Source: Paragordius varius
Taxonomy: Eukaryota > Animalia > Nematomorpha
Length of the DNA: 64,000 bases
Reading direction: 5' to 3'
Assembly (NCBI GenBank): GCA_964247055.1
Contig: OZ176055.1
Span: forward strand, 1,736,001 to 1,800,000
Made by a program: the position numbers and the translations under genes. Positions 39,390 to 61,800 of the stretch are shown here, one piece after another (within the stretch, counting starts at the first letter, position 1; each line of letters begins with the position of its first letter). The notes under the pieces were generated by a model. The model saw only the letters and a program-made list of their open reading frames with translations. It had not been told where the DNA came from and made no database searches.

Positions 39390-39900
39390 GGGGACCAAGG
39401 ACCTAAAGCCGGGGTGTCCCACACAAATGGCTTCGTGAGCTGCATTTCCGAATATGGAATCAACAATGTTATGTTATTTTACGACGATTTCCACATTCTT
39501 TATTAATATTTACATTACACTTAGAGTTAATGGTAACCGCATAATTGGCATAGTTAATATTGTGGATTGCTTTTTACATGTATGTCACGAGCTTAAATGT
39601 ACCTTTGCAAACTCAAGCCATGCAAGCAAGACCCGATTCTGAAGAAACGACTTGCTAATCATTGTCGGACAATGACATCCTGGGAGGCGATATTTGAGCA
39701 GGGCTGGTTACCAATCTTCGACATCTATTTTGCTCCAAGTTGAGACTTAGCTCAGAGCAAGGTCAACAACGGCCATTTATCCCGGGTTAGCGTCCCAGTT
39801 GAAGGTACAACTGAAACATGGTCGCACGAAGGGGTAACAATGATGCTTGTAATGTCTAATTTCTAATATCTCCAAAATTGGTTTACCTTAAAGGCCATAC
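39390..39900 (-). pseudogene. Highly decayed non-LTR retrotransposon RT fragment
   Basis: Broken frames give PALLKY..SKSFLQNR and GTPR..VLGP (cf. GVPQGSVLGP); many stops. Confidence 0.35.
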
Positions 39901-40097
39901 TCATTTAGAAGCAAAAGAAGACCCCCTTCCATACCAAAGATAAGAGCTTAAAATTAACTCGACATTTGGCTCGACATAGACCTGTGACATTATTTTGTGG
40001 GTAAGGATCACAAACCTGTTTGTACAGTTATTTGAAGTCAAATTGCTTTTAATACCTAACACGGCGAAATTAACATTCTTTTAAGCTATATATATAT

Positions 40098-40134
<37 letters not shown>

Positions 40135-41063
40135 GTCTATATAGCTTATTAACTACATAAACTTACACTAAGACTCTCAGGAGGCATTTATATGTAGATA
40201 CTAACGTCAACCCCAACCTCCGATGTGTCTCCCAGCTCTGAAGCTCAATGCTTTACGGGTGGGAATGCCTTAACGGTAGGTAGCTGACGATCTCACGACG
40301 CTACACCCTTTGCTTGTTTACTTGTTTACAAATACTGTTTTAGATTTCAAACATTAGACTGTAGTAAAAACTACTATTTATTTTTAACAATTGTTGCTAT
40401 TTCATTGCCGAGGTTAGGAAAGACTTATCTGGAGGAAAATTTTCATAGAAAATTAATTTTACATAGATCTTGAAATTTTGTATTTAAAATTTCGTGCGGG
40501 TTCGCAGTGTTATACACTCCTGATCTAAAGGTTAAATATTAATTTAACCTGGCCCATCTATAAACTATATCAAAAACTAAAATAATATAAAAATTTATTA
40601 AAATAATTCATGTGTACAAATAAGAATGGAAATAATTGGAAGAAGTGTGCTATTCATATTAATATAATATTTGCAACATAAAATAATCTATATATAATGA
40701 AAATATGTATAACAAAATATCCCTAATATTATATATTGAGTACAGATATAAATGTATGAGTATTTTATTGTTCAAGTGTGGTTTTATTTTCTACTCTAAA
40801 TTAAAAGATTAAAATAATGTCTAAAAGGGATACAAAATGAATTTGAGTTTAGTTATCACACTTTACCATAATCACAAATTATCACATATAAGGCAGTCAC
40901 CTCAGAAAACGACTGTTTTAATGAGGTTTAATAATATCACCCACTTTTTTTTTTCATAAATACAATATAAGGAATGTAGGCCAAGATGTGTGCGTTATAT
41001 TCTATGGATTTTGACATTGAAGATATGTTAGATTGAAATTGCTTGCATGGATGTGTAGTTTGC

Positions 41064-49868
<8,805 letters not shown>

Positions 49869-50548
49869 GACGACAAAATCCAATTTTTAAAAACTAAAAT
49901 CACGCTCTCTTCGTAACTGAACGCATGTTTTTGATGAATGTAAGCACATACTAATTTACTATAGAAAATAAATACGATACAATAAATAGGACTATTTAAA
50001 ATATTTTCACACATAATATATATAAGCTATGTTATTTGAGATCTTTAATGTTTAAAATAAAAAGTACATTTTAAATTCATAACAATGCGCTTTATAATAT
50101 AAAGCAAAAAATTTATTCTGATAATATATGTTCTGATTAAATAAATCCGATTTCTGTTGCATTAGGTTTTGGCTTTATGAAGGATATGAAAGTTGTTATC
50201 TTTTTGGGGGAAGATGCTCTATATCAGATAGTGGCAAAATCCTATTTTGCTAAATAATATTTTTGGTCAGGGCTAAATGCTGGATTGAAAAAATATCACT
50301 AAAACTAAACTATATATAAATAGTAATACAATATTTCCTATAATTCAAAATTTTAAATGCCATAGGGAACGTTTAAAACGGGCGAGGGTTATTAAAATAT
50401 ATGAAAGATAACGATATAAGAATTCAAATATCTGCTATATTAATGCATCAAAATACCCCAAAAACAAATATTTTTTAAAAAATTTCATTATATTAAATTT
50501 TGTTTTAGAGATTTTCATAATGTTTGTTTTACAAAAAAACGTATTAAC

Positions 50549-52821
50549 CAGTGGTATTCCCCAAAAAAATTTGACGGGCCAAATAATATATATATTTTTT
50601 CGAGGGCCATAAACCTTATATGGCAAATATTCCATAGCTATATGACACGTATGCACTTAATACTCTCAGCACATTAAATTTTTTGCGGATCGCATAAAAA
50701 GCTATTCGTTTTGCACCATTTATAAAAAATTAAAATATTTTAAACATATTTGGTATTAACCAAATATTTTTGACAAATTTTGTATTATCTCATGATAGGC
50801 CCACCTTAATACGTCGTCCAATTATTATCGGTTAACGATTTCTGTATGTATTCTTCACATACTTTATATTTTAATATGCCGTCCACTCGTAAGTTGATGG
50901 AAAAACAGTTGAGATTACTTGACCAATTTTTTTAATTATATCATTTGGCACATCTTGCAAACTCTGCATATCTTTCTTTTATACGATTCCTATAATTTAG
51001 CCTCTAAATTGGTTACATTTCTAAAAACGAATTCTTCAATGATATGCACCTGATAAAAACCGAAATTCTCTATTGTATATAATATTGTATATATTCATAT
51101 GCCATGGATTTTCAACCAGGCAATTTTTAATAATTCTCAATTCCTGAATTTCATTTTATTAAATAAAAATGTTTAAATGAATGTCTAGTATCAAATTAAT
51201 CTCCGCGGTAAATTGCATATTTTTTCGTAAATCGTTTTGAGTGTTGGAAAATATAGGAGTGTTTTATCCATAAAATCTACTTTATATTAAAACAAATATT
51301 TTAGCAAATTGGGTTATTATTTTACTCCCTTTAAGACTTGTATTAAAAATACTAAGTTTATAAATAATGTCGTAAAGGTAGGCTACCCACCATTTATCAC
51401 TATTAATTTCCTCGTCAAACTTCTGTTACCTTTATAAATAATAGAATTTCATGTTTAAAACAAAAAATTTAATTAAAACTTTGCTAAGGCTTAGCCATCT
51501 CACAGCGGTGTAGAAAAGAATATCATCAAGCTTAATGTGGTTATCTTTCAGAAGGTTTTTGAATTTACGGCGGTTGAATTCTCCACCACGGATGTGGTTA
51601 ATTATATCCAGAACCGTTTAATTCCTGAATTGAGGGATTCAACTTTTACATGCGAAACCAAGTTTTGCTGATGAATTAAGCAGTGAAAGCATAAAATATA
51701 TGCAAATTATATTTGTTTTTCAAAGGAATAAATTCCTTGTTTATTCGAATCAAAGGGACAGCCTGTGAAGATCGAAACCAATTTTTTCATAGATATATCA
51801 TTATTATCGAGAAATGTAAGAACTATTTTGAGATGAACTTCCTTTCGTGGTTTTATTCATTGGTAACAATTTTAAAGATTCCTCGTTAATTTGTCATATA
51901 TGGCAAATAACAACATTTTTATTTAAAGCGACAAATTTTTTTCTTCCCATTCTTTTTTTAAAGGAGCGATTTTCATCGGATAATTTACGTTTTTATTATA
52001 TGTCATCATTTAAATTTATGTTACAATTCTGTGTAAATTTTTTCAAAAGAGTAGGAATATAATTCAAACTATGCTATAAAAACACAGGTCGAAATTTAAT
52101 GATGTTGATTTATAAAATATTTTAAGGGAATGAGTTCTGAAATGCAGGATAGCAATGAAAAGAATATCATATGCAACTTGGGTGACTTACTTAAATAAAA
52201 AAAGGAATTCAATAAAAATTTTAAAAGAGAAAAGAAAATAGAATACAGAGAAACAGAAACAACGTGTGCCAAAATTGATTCATTTTAATGTACGGAGATT
52301 ATTCTACATTTCAAATTGGGTAAAAAATCAAAAATACCAAAATTCAATCTAGAGAAAATAAATTATTACTAAATAAGCGAAATCCGTTTGTGTGTATTCT
52401 AAATATCAATAAAAAAATAATTTAAGAATTATATGATCATATGGCAATTTTGAAGCACTCTAAGGGCCGCAATGAGTAATAAAAAATGATGCAGGATAGC
52501 AATGAAAAGAATATGTATATGCAGGGTGAAAGGCTTGCTTAAATACAGAAAGGGAATTAAATAAAAATTTTAAAATAGAAAAGAAAATAGAACACAGAGA
52601 AACAGAAACAACGTGTACCAAATGAAATCATTTTAATGAACAAAAATCTTCCCACAATTCAAATCAAATAAAAAATCAAAATTACCAAAATTAATCTAAA
52701 GAAAATTAATTAATACTAAATAAGCGAAAATCCGTTTGTGTGTATTCTAAATATCAATAAAAATTATATGATCATAGGGCAATTTTAAAGCACCCTTAGG
52801 GCCGCGGTTTGAGCACCACTG
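50549..52821 (-). mobile_element. Decayed hAT (Buster/SPIN-like) transposon with transposase relic at ~50790-51800
   Basis: Minus-strand frames read FHCLIHQQNL, IINHIR, FYTAVRWLS, WVAYLYDII and STY..YRNR.LTD. Termini CAGTGGT... and ...GAGCACCACTG; flanks GTATTAAC / GTTTAACA look like a degenerate 8-bp TSD. Confidence 0.75.
52142..52805 (+). repeat. Tandem duplication, ~347-bp period (52142 and 52489)
   Basis: ATGCAGGATAGCAATGAAAAGAATAT ... AATCCGTTTGTGTGTATTCTAAATATCAATAAAA ... GGGCCGC occurs twice. Confidence 0.85.
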
Positions 52822-53729
52822 GTTTAACACATGAAATATTATAAAAACATCTTTTCAATATATTTTGTTTAGATTTTCGATTTAATTGCATATAAGTGTG
52901 TATGCTAAAAATATTTATGCAACAATTCATTACCTTTTGGGATTTTACATCCCAGTGCCATTTAAATTTTTTATATCTTAGAAGTATTTAAGGTTTTAAG
53001 ACGAATTTAAAAATATGCTTTCTTTAGTAGGTATATAAATCTATATTATAATTAAAAAATGTATATTAACTTTAAGTAGCTTTCAAGCTACATTTAACAA
53101 GTAAAAACTCGATATATTTTCATTTTAATATCAGCGGTTCGTTTCAACCCTGTTTTGAAGTTGTCCCAATTTTAGACTCTAGAAGTATCAAAACGGTTAA
53201 AAATATAAGGTTTATTACTGAATGCTATTTAAACTTTTACTAATATAACTTTCAAAACAGTGAAGAGCTCTGGGATATAAAACCACTAAATGTAAACTAA
53301 GACAAAAAAATAATGGAGTGTTACAAAAAACATATTTGCTGGTAAAATATTACCTGAAAGCTTTCGGAAGTTAATTAGCATTTTCCAACCATAATAGACA
53401 TCTATTGGCCTGTTGTATTTAAAAAAAATTATATTAACAAAGGGCGACAAAAAAGTTTGTATAAGAAAGTCATTACCACGTTTGTGGTAACTGTTCCATA
53501 TCAGAAAACGCAAAATTAATGGACATTTCTATATATTTTATAAAAGCCAAAGGTTCTATTCCAAGTAACACTAATATACACTGAAGCCGAAATCGGAGGT
53601 ATAAAAAAATATTCTGTTGAAAAATATTTATTCTGAAATGAAATTAATTCAATCATGGTGGTTTAGGTCCTTACGAGTAATATAATATAAGACAGCAATT
53701 TACACTTTTTTAGTAAGTCCTCTCTCTAT

Positions 53730-54590
53730 ATCAGAAAAGAACACAATTTGTGCACATTTTTTTAAATCAAATTTTTTTAATATTAATTCCAAAAAATATC
53801 ATAGACTACATATACAAACAAAAGAATTTTTTTAAAAAATTTAATTTTTAAATGTAACCCTAAAAGTCCCAAATTTTTTCGCTCTTCTAAAATATTGGTT
53901 CTCTTAAAATCAACGCAAAAATGCCAAGACTCGATATATATAAATCTAGACTTAATTTTGACATAAAAAAATATTTTTTAATTTTTAGCAAAATTGCGCA
54001 CTATTTGTGCTGAAAACGGTTTAAAAACGCTTTTAAATGTAAAAATAGTTTCAGCATAATTTGATGATGAACCTTTCAGAAACTTTATTTAAAGGTTCGT
54101 TTACTCTGATATTCTGCTGTTTGTAAAAAAAACACATATTGAGTATAAATTTGAAGAGGAAATTTTAATTAAATCTGAGATAATAAAAATGTTCAGCACC
54201 ATTTATAGAAAAAGTGTTTATATAATATTTTTAAGTGCTATTATACCGTTTCCATGATGTCTCAAAGTAGTATGCCTTAACAAAATTTTGCTAAAAATTA
54301 AATTTTTAAAAAGTATGCATTTTAAAAAATATTTTTAGTTAATATCAAAATTTATTATATATTTAAAATTTAGATTCCGCGATCCCGGCCGGCATTTTAG
54401 CATTTATTTTAAAAGAAGTAGCCCATTTTAGAAGAGAGAAAAATTTGAGATTTTTGGTGCCCAAAAGTTATTTTTTAAAAAAAATATTGGTTTGTTTTTT
54501 AGTATATGATATATTTTAGTGATATTTTTTGGAATGAAGCCTTTAGCTTTCACCAAAAAATTTTTTTTTTAAAAAATGTGCATGTGCCAT
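53730..54590. repeat. Long imperfect inverted repeat (foldback/MITE-like); arms ~53730-53995 and ~54275-54590
   Basis: GTGCACATTTTT, TTCCAAAAAATATCA, CAAATTTTT.CGCTCTTCTAAAAT and TTAATTTTTAGCAAAATT are each present in reverse complement on the other arm. Confidence 0.6.
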
Positions 54591-55139
54591 TTTCTGTTAT
54601 GGAGCACCTACCACAAAAGTGTAACTAACTTTACACTCGCAAGGACCAAAACCTCCATGATAATCCTGATAAATTTCCCATTTTTGTGGACATTGTGTTA
54701 GGGGCCTTATATTTAAAAGTTTATATTAATATCGATGCTGTTTACATAGTTTGTAAATATAAAGATTATTTTTGTATTGAACCTATTCGCTTTCGCCAAA
54801 AATCTTTGTTTATAAGAATGTCCTCTAATTTTGCCATTTTCTGGATGAAGTACCCACAAAAGGGTTAAATTTCTTAGATTCCTCGTAAGGCCAAAAATCA
54901 AAACCACCAGAATCCTGATCCTATCTATCACAATAATATTTCAGATATTTTTTGTGTGTACTGTGTTTATTAATTGTTATCGCGCAATTCGGGCAATTTT
55001 GCGTTTAGTTTATGAAAACTAGCCCATTTTAGATGATTTAAAAATTTTAATACTTTCGGAGCCCAGGTCTAAAAAATTATGGATTTAAATTTAAATGTTG
55101 GGATAGTGTAAATAAGCGCTCTGGTAGAGCACACCACCA

Positions 55140-55909
55140 CCATGAGGATAAAATACAAGAATTATTGGATGATGACCCAACTCAGACCCAACAAGAATTG
55201 GCAAAAGCATTACATATATCAGAAAAACAATCAATAGGCATTTTCCAAGACAAAGACGAATAAATTCGGTATATGGGTCCCATACAGTTTAAATGGACGT
55301 CAAATCGAAAATACCAAAGTGATTTGTGTCCTATGTCTACGTTACGAAAGGAAACGTGATGGGATGTGACTTTATTTTGTAAACCCAAAGGGAGTCCATT
55401 CATTAAGGTCAAATCTTCTCGGCAAAAAAACCATCTGTGTCTGGCGAGGACGGTATGGGATATTATAATCTTATAATACACAACTCTATCACCAACCAAT
55501 GATTAATACATGTATAATCGAAAAACGACTGTGTTTGGGCCTGAAACATGGCAAAGTTTAGTAACATGAACCGTCTCACAACATAACTAGTGAAAGACAC
55601 CATAAATCGCTGAGAATTTCTTCCTCATCCGCCGTACTCTTTAGACCTGGAGCCATGACTATTACCTAGTATCAATAGGACACACCTTCGCAGAGCGACT
55701 CTTCTATGATTTCAAAGATATTAAAAATGGCTTGATATTTGCTGCAAAAGACAGTCAGCTATCTTTCACGGAATTTATATATTACCCGAAAGATTGGCAA
55801 CGTTTGTACAAGCCGATGGACAATATTATGAATAAAATAAGTTATTCGTCTCCTTTCTAAATTAATTTTTTTGTCAAAAAACCGATAAAAACATATTGAC
55901 TGCACATTA
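55140..55909 (+). mobile_element. 5'-truncated decayed mariner, copy 2
   Basis: EDKIQELLDDDPTQTQQELAKAL, GIWVP, LPHPPYSLDL and QADGQYYE*; degenerate 3' TIR near 55883-55909. Confidence 0.8.
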
Positions 55910-58815
55910 TAATTAAAAATTTCATTTAATAATTTTCTAAATCTAGTTTATTAAATAATTTATCCAAAAATATACATCGAAAAGTTTGTAAGGAGTTTTT
56001 ACCATTCCTTTTTATATATTTTTAAATTTTAACACCTTTTTACCTTTTACTCTTTTCCAGTGCAACTTTATACTTGATTTCATACACTAAATCATAATTA
56101 AAACAATAAAAACACTCGAAAAGATATTAAAAACATTTTTACAACCAAATATGCTTATAAAAATTTATATAAAGATTAGTTCTTCATAATAAAATATCTT
56201 GAAAAATTTATTTTATATTTCAAAACCCAAGGTTTTGATCAAAATTTGGAGGTTAAATAGTATAGTATTATCCTATGTAGAACAACTGTTTTTATATTAT
56301 TTTAAATTGATTTTATACCGTTTATGTTAAAAAAGCCATAAAATACGCTTTTACAATATTTTGCCAACATTTTAGTCAAAGTTGCTTTTGATTAAAATAA
56401 TTTGATGCCATAATTTAGCATATGTTTATAATTCTTCCCGTTAACATATTCTCTTGCAGCTGAGTCGAGACTTTCAAAGTAATCGCATGAAAAAGTTTAA
56501 TATGTTTTGCTTTAAGTAGTTTACGATTAATACCATACTTTAAATTCACCCTTGAACAATTCGAATTCCACCTAAAATAAATTATGTGTTTTTTAAGATT
56601 TAAAATTATCTATATTTTTTATTTAAAAAAATAAAATTTTATTTAAAACTAAAATAATAATGAAAAATTAATAAACTATGTCATAAAGATGTAATTTATA
56701 TTAATAATGTTAAGCCCGAAAATTCATAATTTTTTTAGGTTGAATTTGAATTAAATGGTATTTTAAATAACTTTTTTGGAATGGGAAGCAGCTTTGATAA
56801 CGTTCACTAATATGGCGTTTTTCTGAATTTTAAGTAATTAATATAAATAGACTATTCTCCCCCCCCCTCCAAAAAAAAACGGCCAAAAACATTTTCTATA
56901 AAATGTATAAATATTTCATCAAAATATTTTTTGAGTGCTCAGCGCTAATTAACAATGAATGTTTGCTTAAGTCGGCAAAACATAATAAGATGATATCCAA
57001 TATCATCTAATCACATGTCAATAATTAAATTTATAACGATATATTTGGCACGTAAGGTAATCCTGCTTTTTTTGTTTTACATTTTAAATGAGACGTGTTT
57101 ATTTTTTGTTTTATATACTCTTTAGTAATAAAATATATGGAATTTTAAAATATATAATCGGATGAATGTGATAACATTCTAACTGTTTTTCGTTACGCGC
57201 TCGCTATACGAGAACACCAAATTTATTAATTTTTTTCTTCAATCAATATGTCGATTGCGTTAACAAAGAAAGTTCGCCTTTATGTTAACGTTAATAGTAA
57301 ATTTATTTATTGAAAAAATAAATCAATTACTTGATTTTTTTAATTTTTTTTTAAAAAAAGGTTAATGAGTCAAATAAATTTTGATTACTAAATTAGAACA
57401 AAATAAAAGCTGAAAATAATCTTATTGTTTTTGAGTTTAGTATTTCAATATTAATAAAATAATCTAAATTTTATTTTGTCCCAAATATATATAATAACTG
57501 CTAATCTAAGAAGCCACAAAATCTATGATGATCATAAAAAAGTTAGCATAATAAAAGAAACAATTGGATTGATCCATGAATCCTGAATATAAAATATTTA
57601 TTTTCAAATTTGGACGTTTTGGTTTTATATCCCTCACCAATAACTTTACAAAATATCTATGTTGGGTATGTTGTTTTATTTAATATCTATATATGAATGC
57701 AATTGTATAAATTTATTACAAGATTTTATATAACATATATGATAAATAACTAACTCAAATTCCGAATATTAAAGGAGGGAGTTTATATAGCGCTAACGTG
57801 GATTTTTGCTAGTTTAAAATTATTTTCAGAGACGCAGCTAAAAGAGTGTGGCTTAAAATACGGACTTATGTTTAAATTATAACTATTATCTGGATAGAAC
57901 ATCTAAACTTTAATAATTAATCAAAAAATAATCATACACAAATTTTAATGGTATATAAACATATGATCCGGTTCGTATCTCTTTTATAATTTCTCAAATA
58001 ACTCTTAAATTTAAGCCTTTATTATTCCATATTATTTTTGAATGTATTAGTTTTTATAAAATATTCCCCAAAATAATTATAGTATAGATTAAATTTTTGG
58101 ATGCTTATTTAGACTTCCCTTTAAGAGTCCTTTCCCTGAAAAAACAACAATCTTTACTCATTTAGCATTCTTAAATCAATGTATACTTTAAATACATTCC
58201 CAAATAAACTCACTTTAAAGCAGAGATAGTTATTTCTTGGTCTATAAATCATTAACCTATTCTACTTTTCTTATATGGCACAGACTTGTAATTAGATATT
58301 ATTTTCCATTTTTACAAAAAATATTCCTAATTATGTGCTCATCCATCCAATTAATAACTTAATGCAACAATTTTTTATATCCTACCCCGACCGACACAAA
58401 CAATATTCTAACATTACCTTTAAGTTTTTCAATTTGCCGGTTCTCTTTAAATACCAATATAAAAGAAATAAGAAATGTTGATAGATATAGATTTTTAACT
58501 CAATTGGGATGCTGCTTGAAATTATTTAATATCAGGACTTTTATATAAATATTTTTCTATAAGCAAACTCTTTTTTATTGTACTTACAACCGTAAGATTG
58601 TTTAAATTTTTTGATTGAATCTGCAATATAAATCTAAATTAAATCACAGGTCGAGTGTTTTGTACCGTAAAAATCGTAACTTTATTATTATTATAGAAGA
58701 TTGTTTTAGCTAACCCACTACGTTGTCAGCATAACAGTCATTGCATTATATATAACTTTGGTTAAATTAGTATTATTATAATAGTGAAATCATATAAAAA
58801 TCTATCCATTATTAG

Positions 58816-61800
58816 GTGATCTTATTCCTTTGTCAACTTAATTTGTCCTTCATTACGTGCTTCGATGATTACGGGTCCAAATCTTCGTATGAGTATCCTC
58901 CACCAGGGATTCTCTACAGACTCAACCAAAACCCGAACCAAGGGCATCAACCATTCAATAGCCATTCGGGTTTTCTGAGTTTTACTCCATCCGGTTTCAA
59001 TAACCTAGCTACTGGGGCCGGGTCTCACGGAATTGGTGCCGGGTATGGCGGTGGCGGTGGCGGATATCACGGCGGAGGCCATAAGGATGAATATACAGAT
59101 TATCACGAGGATGATGATTGGAAGTATGACCATCATAAGCGCAAAGAGGATTACGATGATGGGTAAGAGCTTTATATATATATATATATATATATATGTT
59201 ACTAAATTACGACAATAATGGAGAAATAAATAAAATTAAATAAAATATCTTGAAATTGCACTGGCTTTGTATGGGGTTTTTAATTCGATAAAGTTGTGGC
59301 ACTAATAATCAGGTGTAGTTATAAGTCTTTACCGAGTTTTTCGCTATAAAACACGCATATTTTTGATGAAAGATATTATTTATTTCATGTAAAATACTAA
59401 TCATCGGTATCTACCCATTTGCTTATCTATCAGTGTTTGGTATGCCAGCTATAATTATTTTGAAAAAGCTATACAGGCCATTATAAACGTCTTCTAATTT
59501 ATTGAAGCGCATAGAGAATGGACTTCTTGCCGAATCGACTTGGCCTTGGTGTTTATGGACCCCCTTGGTAATATATAAGCCATATTTTTTTCCCTTTGAA
59601 GTTACATAATAATCACACGTTCCATCATCTGTCACACATTCCAAAATGATATTATTTTCTGTCTTAGAAGCAGTTTCCCAAGTCATTTTGCGATTTTTAA
59701 AACGTTCATTCAATTGTATGAGACCCTTTACCGATCTATTCGCCTTTTCTATTACTCGCAGACCTTTATGATCGTTTTTTCTAATACATCCTTGTGCCAA
59801 TCGTTGTTGTGTCGAATCACCATCCAATAACTTTTGCACTATATCATCCTCACAGCTGTGCGAAGCTCCAATTAAATCATAACTTTTAATTTACGAAACC
59901 ATATTAATTTTGGTACATATTCATCATTTGTTTCTACAAGCAAACGATGATTTTCAACACCTTTTTCTGATGGATAAAGAAAAACAATGACGCACATGTT
60001 CTTTTTCCACAAAATTTGACATTACGGAACAATTAAGACGCTATCTTTAGGCAAATCTGTAGGCTTTTGTCGTTTAATGTCAGTTGAACGAGCTGGCGTT
60101 TATCAATTGCGTACTTTTCGCTGACGTCTTCTCTTAGTTAAACCGACGGTAAGAACTTATGACTAAACCTGATACAAAATTAATGGAGGAATACATATCG
60201 CATCATACCAGAAGTTTTGTAAGACATGCCAGAATATAACTATCATTTAGAATTTTATTTAAAATTTCGCACTCATATCCAGATACGCCCAATTCCAAGT
60301 AAAACTACATTTGAAATAATACAATTCCCAAAAAAGCAAACAGGCTGGTCCATTAAATTTTATAAGAGAATGTTTTTGTTTATTTACAAACCTCATTTGC
60401 AGCTCCTGTTAAATTAGCGATTTTTGTAAAAAAAACTAAGTCCTTAAAAAGTATTTAATACTATTTTTGAAAAGACATGAGAACACTTAGAGTCCTATGT
60501 TTAACGATTTTTAGCGCTTTTTTAGTTAGAACACCAACATGCGTCTCAAATTGGATCTTTAATATTCATGCCGTGTAGCTGTAATATACTTATGCACTGA
60601 TCATTAATCACTTTTTGAATACAGCTTTGTGTGATCCCTGTAAAATATCGCATTGCACTAATTTGGTCAATTTTGGTGTAAAATCTTCATCTACCATTTA
60701 ATCTCTACTTGTGACACATGAGTGATTTTGTGTTAAAATTTGAATGAAATCAAATTTTTATAATTCCATAAAATATGTTTTTCAGATATGGAAAGGGGGA
60801 TCACAGTGTGTGGAAAAAGAAAAAATGGGGCAAATACGGTCATTTTTCGGCACATGCGCTATCATATTTTCGAGCTGCAGCAGCCAATGGAACCAATTCT
60901 TATGGATTGGTTCACAATTACAAATGGGATGACAAGGCTAAAAAGCATTGGGATTCCGGGAAGGGCTATGATGGATATGGTAACATATTTTTGATTTTGT
61001 ACATACAGTAAAAATTAAATAATAAAGACAAATGATAAAAAGCAGACGAATAACATTTTCTTTACACCATATTGATACGTTGTTTTACCTTTAAAACCTT
61101 TATGGTTACAATTTTAAAATATAAAAATTTGTTACCAATCTATATCTCTTTCAATCTTTTGACCCAATCTATTAAAAAATTGGTTATATCTATATAACAA
61201 CTATTTTTCTTATATTTAATTTTTACACTTTAAAATTTTACACTATTAACTGCAACAATTTTGGATTAATTCACCAGCCCAACTATTTATAAAACCCGTG
61301 TTTTTGAATTTAATAATGGCAAAACTACGGAATTCCTTTTGAGATTATAAAAATTTAATTTATTAATTCGAGCTTCCATATAATACCATAGGCTATAGAT
61401 CCTTCGCATGATGGTCTTTTGCTGTTATATTATTGGTTGAAAGATGTCTGAGCGCAAATTTAAATGATTTGCCAGATAAAAAATGTTTGAAAATTTAAAT
61501 CAATTACATTTTCCAGATTTAGCCAAAATTAAATGATAACAATATAATGGTCTATAAGGATATTAGAAAAATCCGAACCCCTTAAACTAGTGACTTTATT
61601 AAAAATAAAACAGTTTATTCTTCAATATTTCGTAATTAACGAACCCTGTTTGAGCGTTTTCGATAAATTAGTTGCTATAGTTGTAATAACTTTTTTTATA
61701 TTATTAAGGTAAGGGATCTCACCATGAAGATTCCTATTGGAAAGACCACCATGTCGATGGATTCGCTTACAGGACAAATTTTTCGGGAACGGCTGCTAAT

